DNA from: Candidatus Micrarchaeia archaeon
Lineage (GTDB): Archaea > Micrarchaeota > Micrarchaeia > Anstonellales > J096
Assembly: GCA_041500865.1 (NCBI GenBank)
Contig: JBGQMY010000006.1
Coordinates: 1 to 53,475 of the forward strand
Length of the DNA stretch: 53,475 nucleotides
Direction: 5' to 3'
Of the stretch, positions 52,981-53,475 are shown in pieces; the stretch's first letter is position 1; each line of letters starts with the position of its first letter. Position numbers and translations under genes: made by a program. The notes under the pieces were generated by a model. The model was given only the letters and a program-made list of their open reading frames with translations. It was not told where the DNA came from and searched no databases.

Positions 52981-53475
52981 ATGGGTGGAAAAATGAATAT
53001 GATAGAACGCTACCAGAACGTCTGGGCCCGGCTGCTCACCTACAACGACATTGACCTAGATGCCCGGCAGTTCTCTTCCCTGGTCTTTTCGGCGTCCTTG
53101 GTAGTGGGGTTGATAGCGGCCCTCATGCTGGGCTTTTGGGAGCAGCCGCCGGCATATTCGTTTGTAGGGGGCGCGCTGGCCTTCATTGCAGCCCAAATCA
53201 TAGCTTATGTATATCTCGTGCTTGCGGCGCAGAGCCGGGCCGCAAAGGTGGAGGAGATTCTGCCCGACTTCCTTTCGCTGATGGCAAGCAACATCCGCTC
53301 CGGCCTGACCCCTGACAAGGCCCTGATAGTCTCGGTGCAGGAAGAGTTCGGCCCCCTTGCGGTGGAGATTGAGCGCGCAGGCAAGAGCAGCCTGACAGGG
53401 AAGCCCATCAACGAAGTCCTGACAGGAATCGGCGAGCACATAGACTCGGATGCCCTCCAGAAGACCATGTACATC
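52981..53475 (+). CDS. Second TadB/C-like (T2SSF) protein (partial, runs off window; not in ORF track)
   Basis: Frame from ATG 52981: MGGKMNMIERYQNVWARLL...RAAKVEEILPDFLSLMASNIRSGLTPDKAL...EEFGPLAVEI. Confidence 0.88.
   Translation, partial: MGGKMNMIERYQNVWARLLTYNDIDLDARQFSSLVFSASLVVGLIAALMLGFWEQPPAYSFVGGALAFIAAQIIAYVYLVLAAQSRAAKVEEILPDFLSLMASNIRSGLTPDKALIVSVQEEFGPLAVEIERAGKSSLTGKPINEVLTGIGEHIDSDALQKTMYI

Overview
Gene-dense archaeal chromosomal segment. Archaeal markers include Dph2, EndoQ, Hef/XPF, archaeal PheT, AcdA, form III-type RuBisCO, class III signal-peptide pilins, TTTAAA TATA boxes about 25-30 nt upstream of many starts, and tRNAs without encoded CCA. The gene style suggests a DPANN lineage such as Micrarchaeota (inference). 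The window starts in a split class II ribonucleotide reductase (nrdJa end plus nrdJb). It carries four tRNAs (Arg-CCT, Cys-GCA, Gln-TTG, Val-GAC) and a very compact RNase P RNA that is not in the ORF track. Housekeeping and metabolic genes include pheT, uppS, dph2, smc, FKBP PPIase, ribL, mscL, nucleoside phosphorylase plus ribose-1,5-bisphosphate isomerase, RuBisCO, metX, a TyrA-PheA fusion and acdA. There is a RelE-type toxin-antitoxin pair, two tandem TrbC/VirB2-like pilins and two beta-propeller lipoproteins. The window ends in a type IV pilus locus (divergent pilin, KaiC-like ATPase, 919-aa vWA pilin-adhesin, four minor pilins, CBS-wHTH protein, assembly ATPase, two TadB/C-like proteins). 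The most unusual signals are: an orphan, very AT-rich Cas2-like gene; Hef helicase and nuclease encoded about 35 kb apart; a tRNA-Val leader with antisense and decoy copies of the tRNA 5' end; a palindrome-bounded element beside tRNA-Cys; a tRNA-Gln att-like scar; and an unannotated 45-aa Lys/Arg-rich protein. No CRISPR array, integrase or transposase was seen. All family calls come from motif recognition; no database searches were run.
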